Sequence record: NC_071007.1
Strand: one strand, 5' to 3'
Length of the DNA: 64,000 nt
Every line of letters starts with the position of its first letter. Within the stretch, counting starts at the first letter, position 1. The notes under the pieces are model-generated. The model had not been told where the DNA came from. It worked only from the letters and a program-made list of their open reading frames with translations, and did no database searches. Below, piece after piece: positions 39,701 to 50,216 of this stretch. The position numbers and the translations under genes were made by a program.

Positions 39701-41124
39701 TGTTTATAACTATTGGCGGCGTCAGTAAAGAACTCTTTTTCTTTTGTTGTTAACTGTCCACGTTTTGCACGTTTATCCAAAATACGTTCAATTGTATTTG
39801 TTGGGGTGTATTTTGTTTTCTTTGTATTAACAACGACATTTTCTACACTGGCTTGCTCGAAGACGGTGTCTTCGACATCAGTATTAAAGAGTTCTTCTGG
39901 GGTTGTTTCGTTGAAATCGGAATCTTCATTTTCCGGAGCATCTCCGCTTCCCTCACTTTCGGAGGGTGAATTCCCCACATGAGCAGATCCCTTATTACTG
40001 GAGTAAAGGTCAGCCAAACTACCAGGACTATTATCAGTGCCCAGCTTGGAAGAATCTTTAACGTCTGCGACAGATCCTCCTTTGCTATCTTCATGTTTAT
40101 CCTGCCCTTTCTGGGAATTGGTTTCTCCTTCTTCTCGAATGCTTTCCTTTTCGGTTTTTCCATTTGTGATGTCCTCTACCATAGGCGCAACTAAATTAAT
40201 TAGCGCCAGATAGAACCGTTTGAAATAAATGAATTTTGCATTAGACGGAACTGTCTCCCCTTCTTTATCTCCCGCACTAATCAAATTAATTAATGTTTGA
40301 AGATTGACAATCCAGCATTTCCCGTCGAATGTAAATATAAATTCTAATTGGGATTTGGCTTTATCAGTTAATTTATTAAACTGAGAGAATTCTGCAAAAT
40401 CATAACCAATTAAAATACCAAACAAATCTAATAGCCAAAAACTGCTTTCAGCCTGAAAAGGTTTTAATGCTTCCTTTTCGTACTTAACAATTTCACCTTC
40501 CTTAAAGAACTTCCTATATCGTCTAAAGGCATCAAACAAAACACGATAGCTAGGAAATGATCGTGGAAGTTTAAACTCAACAAACTGATGCACATCATGT
40601 TGAGCAAATTGATTAACGGCAGTGATTAAGTTATGAAGAACATTATATTGTTGCTGATAAGCACTAAAGAAAGTAAACTGACGATAAACAACGGGGACTT
40701 GAGACATTGCCATGTTGTTTACAAGCAGTTCATAATCTTTATTAATTACAGTGTGATAATTACGAGTACGATAATAGTTAAAATGACCGGACTCATAATC
40801 TTTGATTTTGGCAGTAAAGTTAAAAGGAACTTTTTTATGTGTTCCAAGTAATACTTCAAAATCAGGCCAAAAATAAATGTTTACCCGTTTATCAAAATTA
40901 CTAATAAAAGCAGCCTGATTGCTAGGACCAACTTCATTTGGTAATTGTTGTTGATAATGGATCACTGCATTTCGGGGAAGCATGACGTCCCCGATTGGAC
41001 TGTATTTTGGGTTAATGATATCATTAACTCGTTCACGTGTTCCCCATACTTTTAGGAACTGACTATATTGAAGTGCTTCATTACCTTCAATACCAAGAAA
41101 ATCATCTAGAAGTTTAGAATACAT
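36778..41124 (-). CDS. rpoB: vRNAP beta subunit, N-terminal part (phiKZ gp178-like)
   Basis: DSGKAG, FEDS, ADKF..GNQMKGTV and D...S..S...RM motifs. Confidence 0.9.
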   Translation of the reverse strand: MYSKLLDDFLGIEGNEALQYSQFLKVWGTRERVNDIINPKYSPIGDVMLPRNAVIHYQQQLPNEVGPSNQAAFISNFDKRVNIYFWPDFEVLLGTHKKVPFNFTAKIKDYESGHFNYYRTRNYHTVINKDYELLVNNMAMSQVPVVYRQFTFFSAYQQQYNVLHNLITAVNQFAQHDVHQFVEFKLPRSFPSYRVLFDAFRRYRKFFKEGEIVKYEKEALKPFQAESSFWLLDLFGILIGYDFAEFSQFNKLTDKAKSQLEFIFTFDGKCWIVNLQTLINLISAGDKEGETVPSNAKFIYFKRFYLALINLVAPMVEDITNGKTEKESIREEGETNSQKGQDKHEDSKGGSVADVKDSSKLGTDNSPGSLADLYSSNKGSAHVGNSPSESEGSGDAPENEDSDFNETTPEELFNTDVEDTVFEQASVENVVVNTKKTKYTPTNTIERILDKRAKRGQLTTKEKEFFTDAANSYKQIEFGGKTLEEIIDVKPEDLVLAPAKIAPDSTVISNKEVLQSRTTDLGVGYVQQFLERDIIASILFGAQAGGVAILDMEREDIITADSAYDVYTIKFQPIGEGNQSTRRFRIPKVADDLTFTINGVKNYAQYVRMELPIRKIGKRKVNLATYYDKRIMIERSPYRVDDFGSWLKTNIIQRSYLDKSIKVKLGSQEVTAKQVCWYYSILAERFKEITIHDLVLNLDTKSILENHKEWKKLCTDKSWVLGEENGHPILIDNSGLITVDGETKGFIEELIGLPMEKAPVPNTTVYINGYKFQSVVVLAYWMGFSELIKRIKPIHRFIEPGVRPNLSSNEYMVQFADERMVFDRRDELATLIFSGLAKLPAIKNFSRSQLDDPNVWFSIVNDSRVKPSHFKEMDQMFDQFIDPMHARELKKRKYPLELDNLVIRAIEMLLNNEASHEVEISEQRIVGYERFAGHAYREMVKANRQFRNKPGGGKKTFDLNPESIMLAILTDSSCQPVEEVNPAHQIKQTEEVTFGGAFGRSDQAMVRRTRGQLPNYDGIISEAGKDSGKAGFVSYLTSDAKIVDYAGNVDPSLKTTSPGRLSIISNLVYGSTIDDSKRSLFSGVQFSQWMATDSYQPSPLRTPYDSVIGYRNFELYTSVAKQKGTVKEISDKGILVEYEDGSTDTFFLGYEIGKGAGEYHKHLKVTDVSVGDTFDKGKVLAWDNVFYARDTLDPNRVVLKSGTPSRIALIEDQFTFEDSIGITYDYAIKNTTPFIKINQFRVNYDQVLKLYVKEGDEVEYDQVLADIKDQSSAMFDTEFTPMAGLDRLGIKQEKAHQAGRISKIEILYNGDYEDADDSVKQLIRKSDGERAKAAKYRKLYAPTNNVGGNTSVGKSKVYPNTVTIKVYIENKLVTTTADKFVVGNQMKGTVGFIYPTKIKTPDGRDVDMTFSLKSLLNRMVLSLRDKLVGNEINFVYTARMITKYGRYE

Positions 41125-43004
41125 TATGATAATCCATTTGTTAAAGCCCGTAGTAAAAACTCATGGGGTTCTTGGACGGGACTATAAAGAAAATCACCTG
41201 CACCAGAAATATAAAAAATACGTTTCCCAAACAAGTCTCTGATTTCAGTTACAGAGTCAGATGCCATAATACTGTTAGCTGAGAGTTGGTCCATAATGTT
41301 AATGCAAAGTTTTTTATCTTTGCTCCCAGATCGCTCCGGGTATCGGCGTACGTTTTCATCCCAGTAGGATGGTGCGGCCTCTTGGACGGATTATATTCCT
41401 TTAATGAAAGGGTTCACCGTCTACGCTCTGCCCCTGACTAAAATATTATTTTTAGCCTTCGGTTCAAGTTTTCTCTAAATGGAGAGACTCCTTGCTTCAT
41501 TCCGCACAGTTTCAATAAATATTACTATTTAAAGCGGCAACACTTTACCGTCGAAATCCCCGCCAGCTAATTCAAGACGTATGTTAGCAATAGACATCCC
41601 ATCAAAATAACTTGCTTGTTTTGTATACCCAGGATAAAAATGAAATTGGGTTATTTCTGATCCATCAATATCAATAAAAGTACGTTTGCTAGAAGTTGCG
41701 TTGGTTGGCTTAATAAATACCTTAGAAGGAAATATCGAACCTATCCCAGTAATTGGATAACGTGTAATTTGTAACATTTTATTATCTTCTATTGCTTTAA
41801 CAACTTGCATATAGAAGAATTCCATGTATGTTACTGGTTTCACATACTTGCGATCAAACTTTTCATCTAGATCATTAATATCATGAAATAACGCTACACG
41901 TTCCCCATCATCATAAACTAGTCCAAGATAATGACCATGGATTTTAATTTCTTTATTACGAAGATTAGGGTTACTAAATCCATTACATAATGAAACTATA
42001 CCATCGGCTGATGTGTATTTATCAACAGTATATGGATCAACTTCAACGTAAACTGATTCTAACGTTTTAGGGTCAACGAGTCTAGCAGATGTAATTCCTT
42101 GTGTGAATACATTAGTTAAAAAACCATTTAACAATTCATGCTGGACGACAAGACTAAAACCTAACAACGCTTGGTATAAACCAATAATAGTTGAATTAGG
42201 ATCGCCGGTAATATTGTCATCCATGTTTTCAACAGACACTTTCCTTGCAACAATAACATTTCGTGTTGCGCCATGAATAGAACGTCTTGCAACTTTCCGT
42301 TGCATAACACCACGTTTACCTTCCTGAATACCAAAGAAGTAATCAGCGATGTTATTTAATGCTTCTTGCTCACCCCAGCGAATATTATCGTAAACGGGGT
42401 CACTTGGATCCGGATGTTTAATATTTAGTGACTTGGACCGATAAAATAATTTTCGATAAAGATCATTGACTTCATTTTCAGTTACAATCCCTGTGGGTCC
42501 AATATCAATATCTCGTAACCCAGCAGGGTAAACAGGAATTTTAGTATGAAGCGCCCTATCAAAATACTTTTTGATAACAGAGATTTTCTGAGTTCGTTTA
42601 AATGAATCGTTGAAGGCTGGATCTAATTCTCCAAAATGAGACATAAAAAATGCAAACCCGGTATCACCTTCCAAGGGGTTGGATTTTATGAAATCCTTTG
42701 TCACCGGATCCCAGGTGGCAAAAACCTTACCTTTTATGATTTCTCCGTAAATACCTTTTAAAGAAATCAGAGCTTTAAAATATGTTGGGTTAAAAATAGG
42801 TAAAACAGTATCGATGTAAGATTCCGTGTTATCACGCTCATCGGTACCGACTCGCCCAAAGATTTTTGTTGAATAGAGACCTTCTTCATGAAGGTTTGTT
42901 GTTTGACCTTCAAACGAATCACCACTGGTTACTGGGGTCATAACCCGCCAGGGGAAAGTGTTCGGATCAAGCAAAGTGAAGTTAGTTGGTTTACGACTAC
43001 TCAT
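41124..43004 (-). CDS. rpoC: vRNAP beta' N-terminal part (phiKZ gp180-like), spliced: exon 1 43004-41547, exon 2 41291-41124, 541 aa
   Basis: EEGLYS..IFG, RYP; splicing restores GGDFDG/DQLSAN; exon 2 TAA overlaps the beta ATG (TAATG). Confidence 0.88.
41292..41546 (-). mobile_element. Group I self-splicing intron, 255 nt, no endonuclease ORF
   Basis: 5' exon ends in U paired to G in P1 (CGGUAA-AGUG-UUGCCG); terminal G before GAC; several hairpins including a GCGA tetraloop. Confidence 0.85.
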
Positions 43005-43032
43005 TGCTAATGATTCCTATAGAGAGGATAAG

Positions 43033-46000
43033 ATGGCTAAAGATGATATTGATATGGATTGGGACGATCCTTTTGGAGGTGAATTTGACCTCGACATGGA
43101 TTTCGATATGGATCCATATGCAAAGAAAGGATTTATGGGCGGTGTAACATCCGGGTTTCTCTCAGGCATCGTAGACGAGACCGTAGGTTCTGGACCTGCA
43201 CGGATGCGGACTTTAAGAACTATATTACCTGGGTCTTTCAGTAATGCACTCGATCGTGTAAGTTACACTGCTGCAAAATTTGAAGAACTAAAAACAGACT
43301 TCAAAGAACAAAATTATGAGTCAGTTAAATCGCTACAAAGCATTGCCCGCGGCATTAGCGATAAGGCTCGAAATAAAGGTTTTGGTCAAGTAGCAGATCA
43401 ACTTGACAGTTTTTCAGAAAAAGACTTTTCTAGTTGGGAAAAGTACGATTATAATTCAGGACCCAGCGTTCCAACAATGGAACAAGGTGACGATTATGAT
43501 GTTTCTCGTTCCATCGAAGAATCAATGAATCGCCAAGAAGGCGTTTTATATCGCTTAGGTGATTCATTAAATGAAATGTCAGCCGCTGTTGGTGGGATGT
43601 TAAATGGTTCATTAACAGCCGGTAATCGCCAATTAGTTTCCATTGATTCCGGAATGAAACAACTGATTGATTTTCAGCGAAATATCCAATTTAAAATGGA
43701 TCAGGCTAAAATCAATTTAATGGCTAAAAGCTACGTTGCTGATATCAAATTCTACAAGTTCATGGAAAAAGGTATACATACCGAAATCAGTGAGCTAAAG
43801 AAAATTGTTATTAATAGTAATAAGTCTGATTATGAAAAGACATCACATTTAACTGCTTCTAAAGCGTTCATGCGCAATCGACTGTTTAATACAGTAGGTA
43901 ATCGTGTTGGTGGTCTCTCAGGTCTCCTCAGAGAGCGTTTTGGGGCTGATGCAAGGAAAAGTACCTATGGTGATATTGAAGGTGTCCTGGGTAGCTTTGC
44001 TGAAATTTTAGAAATGTCAGATGACATGCCTATTTCAAAAGGTATGTTGGGTTCAATGGCCGGTAAACACCTCGCTGGGGCTTTGATTAATAACGCACCT
44101 TATTATTTTGAACGAGGTGCTGGTAAACAATGGATTGAAAAATTAGCTGCAAAAAACCCTCAGCAAGCAGCTGCGTTTAAGAAACGATATGGTCAGCTAA
44201 CTAATACAGGTAATAAAGTCTCTTATATTGCAAATAACGCAACGGGACTGTTTAACTATATGGCCGAAGACTGGCAACCATTAGATGAAATGAAGTATCT
44301 AGATTATCAAGATTATCTTGATAACTTACCAGCAGATAAAAAACCTATTCCTCGTGCAATATGGGAAGTTCAGAATGCAGTTGGCAACCGAGCTAAAGCA
44401 GGTGTCAACAACATTATGGCTGAAATGACCAAAGCCAGGGGTACACAATACACATTAGCACGACGTAATGTAAAAGATCTCAATCAACCAGGTATCTGGA
44501 AAGAGATGAACAACATTACGTTAAACGAAGTACTTCCAGGCCTGTTAGGTCGAATTCACCAAAGTGTTGAAGGGATTAGAACGGGTGAAATGGGAGAAAG
44601 TATTTCTTACTCCTATATGCGCGGTCAGTTTATGGAGGAAGGTAATCGGAAAACATCTGTTGCGGCCGATTTAATGCCATACTCCGATTTTTCACGTTAC
44701 ACCTCTGCTGCTTTAGAATTTGTTGATTCTGTTGATACCGATAAACTCCTTTCTAGTAATGCCCGAAAAGCATTTGCACTTCAAATTGCTAAAGACGTTG
44801 ATAAAGAAAAGGGATTTAATCCATTCTATTATCTTGGGGACATTCAAGGTGTTTCACCTAGTGTTCAGAAAGAAATTCATACCGTTATCAAACGTCATTT
44901 TGATATAGACGATGATGGTATTGAAACGTTTAATCAAAGCACTGGTCTTGATCGTGTTAACTTTATGTCTACCATGACAACTGATGTTGCACAGGAAAGA
45001 TTAAACCGTGCTGGTGCAAGTGCCCAAAACCTAAAACAAATTTTCCCGAATGTAGCTGAACGTATCGATTTATTACGATCCACTGGTAATGAACAGCTGC
45101 TTAGAGACATTGGTGTCATTTATACTGAGAACGGAATTGATAAAGTAAACATGCAAGTGTTTCATGACCGCTTTGCTCAGTTTATGGATAACCCGAATGA
45201 TCCTATTTTAAGGGGAATGGGTAAAGGTCAAACGTTTAAACAAAACGGAAAGGACTTTACTGGAACTAAATTCACTTCAGCTAAATCTAATCCGTTTACT
45301 GAAATTGAAAATACCAATTCAACTGGGTTAACTGGTGAACTCAATACCAGTATGAACAATTTGATTGAAGCCATTAATAAAATGGATAAATCAATTGTTA
45401 CACCTAATGTTTCTCAAGTTACTAATTTCTCCGAATATGCTAAACCTATTACTGACCATTTAGGAACCATTTCTTCCAGCACTGGAAAAATGGAAGTATT
45501 AATGGAGGAATTCTTATCTATTGTTAAAGCAGGAAAATTGTTTAACCGTAAACAATCTGCAAGTGAAGAGAAACAAGAAGAAACAGCCAAAGCTAGCTTC
45601 ATGGAAAAAATGAAACGATTCATTCCAACCAATTTGTTTGGTAAAGGACTGGACCTGGTCATGAAAAACCAACCTATTGTTTTAGGGTCTTTACTTGGAA
45701 CTCTAGGTGCTAGTTTTATTAACAATCCGTTATTAGCCGGCGCGACTATTGCAGGTGGTGCATTACTTGGAGGTCTGGTTCAACATTGGGAAAAACAAGA
45801 CCGAAAAGCAGAAGGAAACCAACCATCTGATGATGAAGACATTTTAAATGAGAAAGGTGAAACATTACTTTCTTCTGCTAAATTAAAAGCAGGTCTTTAC
45901 ATTGATGCTATCACAAAACGTGTTATCAATACTTGGTCTCATATCAGAGGTCCAATTTTTGATACCGTTGATAAAGTGGTAGTTGGAATCAAAGAGCTGG

Positions 46001-49000
46001 CTGGAAAAATCTTTGGTCCCGATGGCCGTGCTGTTGTGTTGGACGGGATAAATAAAATTAAAGAAGCTTCTATTTCAGCTTATCATTTTGTTGATCCCAT
46101 TAACCGTATTAAATCCATTATTGAAATGGGTAAAGGTCTTATCTACCAACAAGATGTTTTTGTTGCTAGTGATCCGACTAAACCTAGATTAAGAGCAGTT
46201 GGATTTAAAAATCGCGAATATTTTATTGATGATAATGGTGACTATCGTCCCATCACCGGTTGGAACGAAATCAAAGGTCCTGTTTTTGATTCCGATGCAA
46301 ATGAGTTAATATCTCAAGAAGAGTTTGAGGCAGGGTTGATTACTGCGTCAGGTCAGAAAGTAAGGTCGGTGGGGGCGTTTGCCGCTACAACAGTTTCTGG
46401 CGCAGCTGGCCTTGTTAAAACAGGATTTGAAACCTTAATGGGTAAAATGGGTTTCCAACGCCCAGGTAATCCAGAGCAACAAGGCGAAGGGAAAGGACAA
46501 AGTACTGGTTTTCAAATGGCCGGTACTGAACGTCGCCTAGATCGCATCTATGCACTTTTATCAAAACAATTTGGAAAGGGTGTTGACGATGATGAAATAG
46601 ATAGTGGATTAAAAGGTTCTTTTGCTGAACGATTAAATTCCTTAGCTGATAAAGCTAATAAAACCAAAGAAGATCAACAAGCTAAAACTAATGAAGCAAT
46701 CCAAGATATCGCCTCTGAATTAAAAGGTGGGGATGAAACAAAAGGAGAAGAGAAGAAACAAGGTCTTTTCTCAAAGTTACTTGGGATGTTTGGTTCGATG
46801 GGTGGATTTGCAATGAAGTTCCTTCGCAATCCACTAGGTACTTTAGCGGGAGCTGCAATTGGGTCTATCGGAGCCTCAGCAGGTAGACTTGCTAAAATTG
46901 GTTCTTTGTTGTTCTCTGGTGTTTTAGGTGTTGCTTCTCCCATCTTTAAATTATTGAAGTGGGGTTTTACCGGTTTAGCCAAAGTCATCTCGGGTGCCGC
47001 AATGGGCGGACTAGGTTCTTTACTGGGAACTAATGGTCCTCGTGGTAAAGGAGGGATTTTAGGTGGGATTGGTAGAACATTAATGAAACTACCAACCTGG
47101 GGTAAGGTAGTGGGCGGTGCTGCATTAGCTGGCGGAAGTTTGTATGCTGGAACAAACTTGTTTGGACCCGAAGATCCAAGCGGAGATCCATTTGCAACTG
47201 AAGCTGAACAGTCACAAGAATCTTTTTATGAAGCACCTAAGTCTAGTGTTGAACAAGCTTATCTTGAACGCCAAGAAGCAAGGATGCAACGCGATAAAGA
47301 AAACAATGAATCAGCCTTAGGAACAATTGGTAAAACCATTGCTGATTTTGTTCCTCAAAACTGGCTAGCTAAAAAGGCTTTAGGTCTTTTTGGTATGGAT
47401 GTCGAAAAAGATCAAGGTGGGAAAATATTCAGTGACGATGGGAAAATGTTCTTAAGCAAGCAAGAACGTGATGCTTATGAAGATCAGCGTGACGGTATTA
47501 TTGCTCCGAGTTCTTTAACTAGAAATGCTAAAGATAGTTTTACTATCCAAAAACAAATTCGTTATGCACAATACGGTTTACGTAAAGTGGACAACAATTT
47601 GGCAATGCGTATCGATCAATTGGAACAGAATCTGATTCCCTATGTTAGTATTATTAATAATAGAGGAGCGTTTAGAGACGATGGCCCAGTTGAGAAGATT
47701 GTAAAACAATTTGCTATGGGTAGCGGGAATATTTCTTACGATCAAGCTAAGACCTGGTTTAGTGCAAGGTTTAAACCAATCTTCTTGATTTATAACGTGG
47801 GTATTTCAGTTGCTAGGTTGGGGGATATCAATGAATTTGATATGAGTACATCTCCTGATGTTCGTGCAACTGTAGAACGTTTAAGAGTTTCTGTTACTAC
47901 TGTAGAACCATTCCCATTAAAAGTATCTGTACAGATTGATCCAGATACAGGTATCATGGGTGAATATGCCACTAATGATCGTGTTCAACAGTTAATGGAA
48001 GAACTGCGTAAGAAATTCCCCGAAGATAAGAGTACATTAAAACTTCCAACAGCAGATGAGATGAGAAAGAAAGCCCTCTCTTCTGAACCACGTTCAAGTA
48101 ATCCAATTGTAGGTGCTGTTCAAGATTTCTTTGGACGAACCGCGATGGAAGATCAACAACGTTTGTTGGATGAAAAGTTTAAAACGCCAAAAGAAGTAAA
48201 GGAGATTGATATTTCAGATCTTCATCCATCTGGTGATGCACCTATGGATCCTTTTACTTGGGCAAGATTGTGTGTTTACGGTAATGTAGATAACATGCCT
48301 TGGCGTGTAGACGCTGTATTGAAGTTAGAACGCTATACCGAAAATCTATATGCAGTAATGGGAGAAGAGATTAAATTCATTGGACATCCAAAGAAAGTGT
48401 TGGAGCTGTTTAAACCAATGTTTAGAATTGAAGATCCCCATACTGAAGATAGATGGTTAGACTGGTTTGAACATCGTTTCCTTCCTGTTATTTCTGTTTA
48501 CATTAAACGCTGTCAATTATATCGCTCTGGTAAACCCAGTCGTGTTTGGCAGCAGTTGAGCGCTACTAATAAAGTTGTAATTGCAAGAGAACTTGCTGAA
48601 ATCAGGGTTTTCTATAATGACAATGAAGTTAGTATTTGGGATGTCACCGTTGGTCCTTTCCCCAATTCTGTTTCTGGTAATGCTAGTTCAAGAGCTGAAA
48701 AGTTTTTGAAGATGCTTGATATCAAAGCAACGGAAGCAAGGTTAAAAGAACCGGAAGTTGAAGAAGAGAAATCTAAAACAGCTGCTCAACGGATGGCTAC
48801 TGCAAAACCCAATAGTGACGTAATCAGGAACAACACCAATCGCTTGTTTGATAGAGTGTACGGCACTAACCGTCAGATTGGCGCAGGAAACGTAGGGATA
48901 GGTGGTGGCGGTTCTGGAATGGCAATGGGTGCCAATGGTAAACCTAGTGTCAGTAATTGGGGACGAGATTTTGGTGATCAACAAGGTGGTCAATATGATG

Positions 49001-50157
49001 GTAAATGGGCAGCTGGTTTTAACCCTGAATATGCTAAGTTAGCGGGTGATGATAAAGGGATTAAATTTGATCCTGCGGAAGGCGAACGCTTGATGCTTAA
49101 CACCATGCTTAAACATGGCATTACAGATAAGAAACAAATTGCCCTTGGTTTAGCAATGGCCAAGAAAGAGACAGGTAACTATTCAGCGACAGTTGAGAAT
49201 ACTAACTGGAGTGCCCCGACACTTAAAAAGCTATTTAGAAATATTCCTGACATGGCAACTGCACAGAAGGTGGCCTCTTTACCTCCAGCAGAACGAGCCA
49301 TGTACGTTTACGGACGTGCTCCTAAAGGACCTACGCTTGGTAATGAGAAACCCGAAGACGGTTGGTTGTATCGCGGTCGCGGGTTGTTCCAATTAACAGG
49401 TAAAGCTAACTATCGTAAATTCCAAGCTGAAACAGGTATACCTGTTGTTGAAGATCCAAAACTTGTTTCTGAAAATCCAGAAGTAATGGCTGAATCGGCT
49501 GTTCGTTTCTTAAAGAACAGTAAAGCCATGATGGAGATCGCCAGAACTGGAAACTTTGAAACCGCAGTTAGGGGTATTAACGGTGGCAACGCAGTTCCAG
49601 GTACTGATGAACGTAGACAGTATTATCAAGAATATCTTCAAAAGTTAAACAACGGAGAATTGAGTGTTCCGTTATCCGTTGAGACTCAAGGAGATCTTGA
49701 AACACCTGATACTCCTCCATCAGCTCCCGATGAAATTCCTCCGGGCGGTACATTGGGTGGTGCTAATCCAAAGAGTAAAGACAAACTTAGTGATCAACTC
49801 AATGCAGCTGACACCACTAGGAATGTTTCTACTGCAGCAGCTGAACCTAGCACCAAGAAAACATCGGCGGCCGTTCCCAACGTTAAAGATATTGTTAACG
49901 CTGGCGATAAGCCAACTAAACCCGAAAACAAACCAAGTACTGGTAATACACCACCAGCAACACCGACTAGTACAATGGCGGTTCCACCTGCTATTGCAAA
50001 ACCACAAGGTCCTACTGAAGTTACTTTACCAGCAGGTCCAATTAAAGTTAAAGACGAAGAAATGGCAGGAGTCATGACTTCAGTTGTCCAAACATTGGAT
50101 AATTTGAACAAGACCCTTGGACAATTCAATCGTAATAATAGCGGCGTACAGCTGTAA
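43033..50157 (+). CDS. Large tail/tape-measure protein with GH19 lysozyme domain (phiKZ gp181-like position); start MAKDD
   Basis: GAGGA RBS before 43033; about 2370 aa; ETG...YRGRGLFQLTGKANY...INGG GH19 signature. Confidence 0.85.
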   Translation: MAKDDIDMDWDDPFGGEFDLDMDFDMDPYAKKGFMGGVTSGFLSGIVDETVGSGPARMRTLRTILPGSFSNALDRVSYTAAKFEELKTDFKEQNYESVKSLQSIARGISDKARNKGFGQVADQLDSFSEKDFSSWEKYDYNSGPSVPTMEQGDDYDVSRSIEESMNRQEGVLYRLGDSLNEMSAAVGGMLNGSLTAGNRQLVSIDSGMKQLIDFQRNIQFKMDQAKINLMAKSYVADIKFYKFMEKGIHTEISELKKIVINSNKSDYEKTSHLTASKAFMRNRLFNTVGNRVGGLSGLLRERFGADARKSTYGDIEGVLGSFAEILEMSDDMPISKGMLGSMAGKHLAGALINNAPYYFERGAGKQWIEKLAAKNPQQAAAFKKRYGQLTNTGNKVSYIANNATGLFNYMAEDWQPLDEMKYLDYQDYLDNLPADKKPIPRAIWEVQNAVGNRAKAGVNNIMAEMTKARGTQYTLARRNVKDLNQPGIWKEMNNITLNEVLPGLLGRIHQSVEGIRTGEMGESISYSYMRGQFMEEGNRKTSVAADLMPYSDFSRYTSAALEFVDSVDTDKLLSSNARKAFALQIAKDVDKEKGFNPFYYLGDIQGVSPSVQKEIHTVIKRHFDIDDDGIETFNQSTGLDRVNFMSTMTTDVAQERLNRAGASAQNLKQIFPNVAERIDLLRSTGNEQLLRDIGVIYTENGIDKVNMQVFHDRFAQFMDNPNDPILRGMGKGQTFKQNGKDFTGTKFTSAKSNPFTEIENTNSTGLTGELNTSMNNLIEAINKMDKSIVTPNVSQVTNFSEYAKPITDHLGTISSSTGKMEVLMEEFLSIVKAGKLFNRKQSASEEKQEETAKASFMEKMKRFIPTNLFGKGLDLVMKNQPIVLGSLLGTLGASFINNPLLAGATIAGGALLGGLVQHWEKQDRKAEGNQPSDDEDILNEKGETLLSSAKLKAGLYIDAITKRVINTWSHIRGPIFDTVDKVVVGIKELAGKIFGPDGRAVVLDGINKIKEASISAYHFVDPINRIKSIIEMGKGLIYQQDVFVASDPTKPRLRAVGFKNREYFIDDNGDYRPITGWNEIKGPVFDSDANELISQEEFEAGLITASGQKVRSVGAFAATTVSGAAGLVKTGFETLMGKMGFQRPGNPEQQGEGKGQSTGFQMAGTERRLDRIYALLSKQFGKGVDDDEIDSGLKGSFAERLNSLADKANKTKEDQQAKTNEAIQDIASELKGGDETKGEEKKQGLFSKLLGMFGSMGGFAMKFLRNPLGTLAGAAIGSIGASAGRLAKIGSLLFSGVLGVASPIFKLLKWGFTGLAKVISGAAMGGLGSLLGTNGPRGKGGILGGIGRTLMKLPTWGKVVGGAALAGGSLYAGTNLFGPEDPSGDPFATEAEQSQESFYEAPKSSVEQAYLERQEARMQRDKENNESALGTIGKTIADFVPQNWLAKKALGLFGMDVEKDQGGKIFSDDGKMFLSKQERDAYEDQRDGIIAPSSLTRNAKDSFTIQKQIRYAQYGLRKVDNNLAMRIDQLEQNLIPYVSIINNRGAFRDDGPVEKIVKQFAMGSGNISYDQAKTWFSARFKPIFLIYNVGISVARLGDINEFDMSTSPDVRATVERLRVSVTTVEPFPLKVSVQIDPDTGIMGEYATNDRVQQLMEELRKKFPEDKSTLKLPTADEMRKKALSSEPRSSNPIVGAVQDFFGRTAMEDQQRLLDEKFKTPKEVKEIDISDLHPSGDAPMDPFTWARLCVYGNVDNMPWRVDAVLKLERYTENLYAVMGEEIKFIGHPKKVLELFKPMFRIEDPHTEDRWLDWFEHRFLPVISVYIKRCQLYRSGKPSRVWQQLSATNKVVIARELAEIRVFYNDNEVSIWDVTVGPFPNSVSGNASSRAEKFLKMLDIKATEARLKEPEVEEEKSKTAAQRMATAKPNSDVIRNNTNRLFDRVYGTNRQIGAGNVGIGGGGSGMAMGANGKPSVSNWGRDFGDQQGGQYDGKWAAGFNPEYAKLAGDDKGIKFDPAEGERLMLNTMLKHGITDKKQIALGLAMAKKETGNYSATVENTNWSAPTLKKLFRNIPDMATAQKVASLPPAERAMYVYGRAPKGPTLGNEKPEDGWLYRGRGLFQLTGKANYRKFQAETGIPVVEDPKLVSENPEVMAESAVRFLKNSKAMMEIARTGNFETAVRGINGGNAVPGTDERRQYYQEYLQKLNNGELSVPLSVETQGDLETPDTPPSAPDEIPPGGTLGGANPKSKDKLSDQLNAADTTRNVSTAAAEPSTKKTSAAVPNVKDIVNAGDKPTKPENKPSTGNTPPATPTSTMAVPPAIAKPQGPTEVTLPAGPIKVKDEEMAGVMTSVVQTLDNLNKTLGQFNRNNSGVQL

Positions 50158-50161
50158 TTTG

Positions 50162-50191
50162 CGAGAGAAAGGGGTCTTCCCCTTTCTCTCG
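50162..50191 (+). terminator. Hairpin terminator
   Basis: 13-bp stem CGAGAGAAAGGGG/CCCCTTTCTCTCG. Confidence 0.7.
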
Positions 50192-50216
50192 TTCTATTTG
50201 TTTGTGAGGTTTTATA

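Noticed and set aside
41529-41546. vRNAP beta' as a truncated pseudogene or frameshift
   Set aside because: An in-frame second exon and group I splice signals restore the motif exactly
41292-41546. Homing endonuclease inside the intron
   Set aside because: 255 nt is all structure, with no ORF of adequate length
42958-43032. Upstream ATG of the 2399-aa ORF
   Set aside because: Overlaps the divergent beta' gene; the RBS supports 43033
49664-50129. Overlapping alternative-frame ORFs at the tape-measure 3' end
   Set aside because: By-products of the Pro/Thr/Ala-rich low-complexity tail
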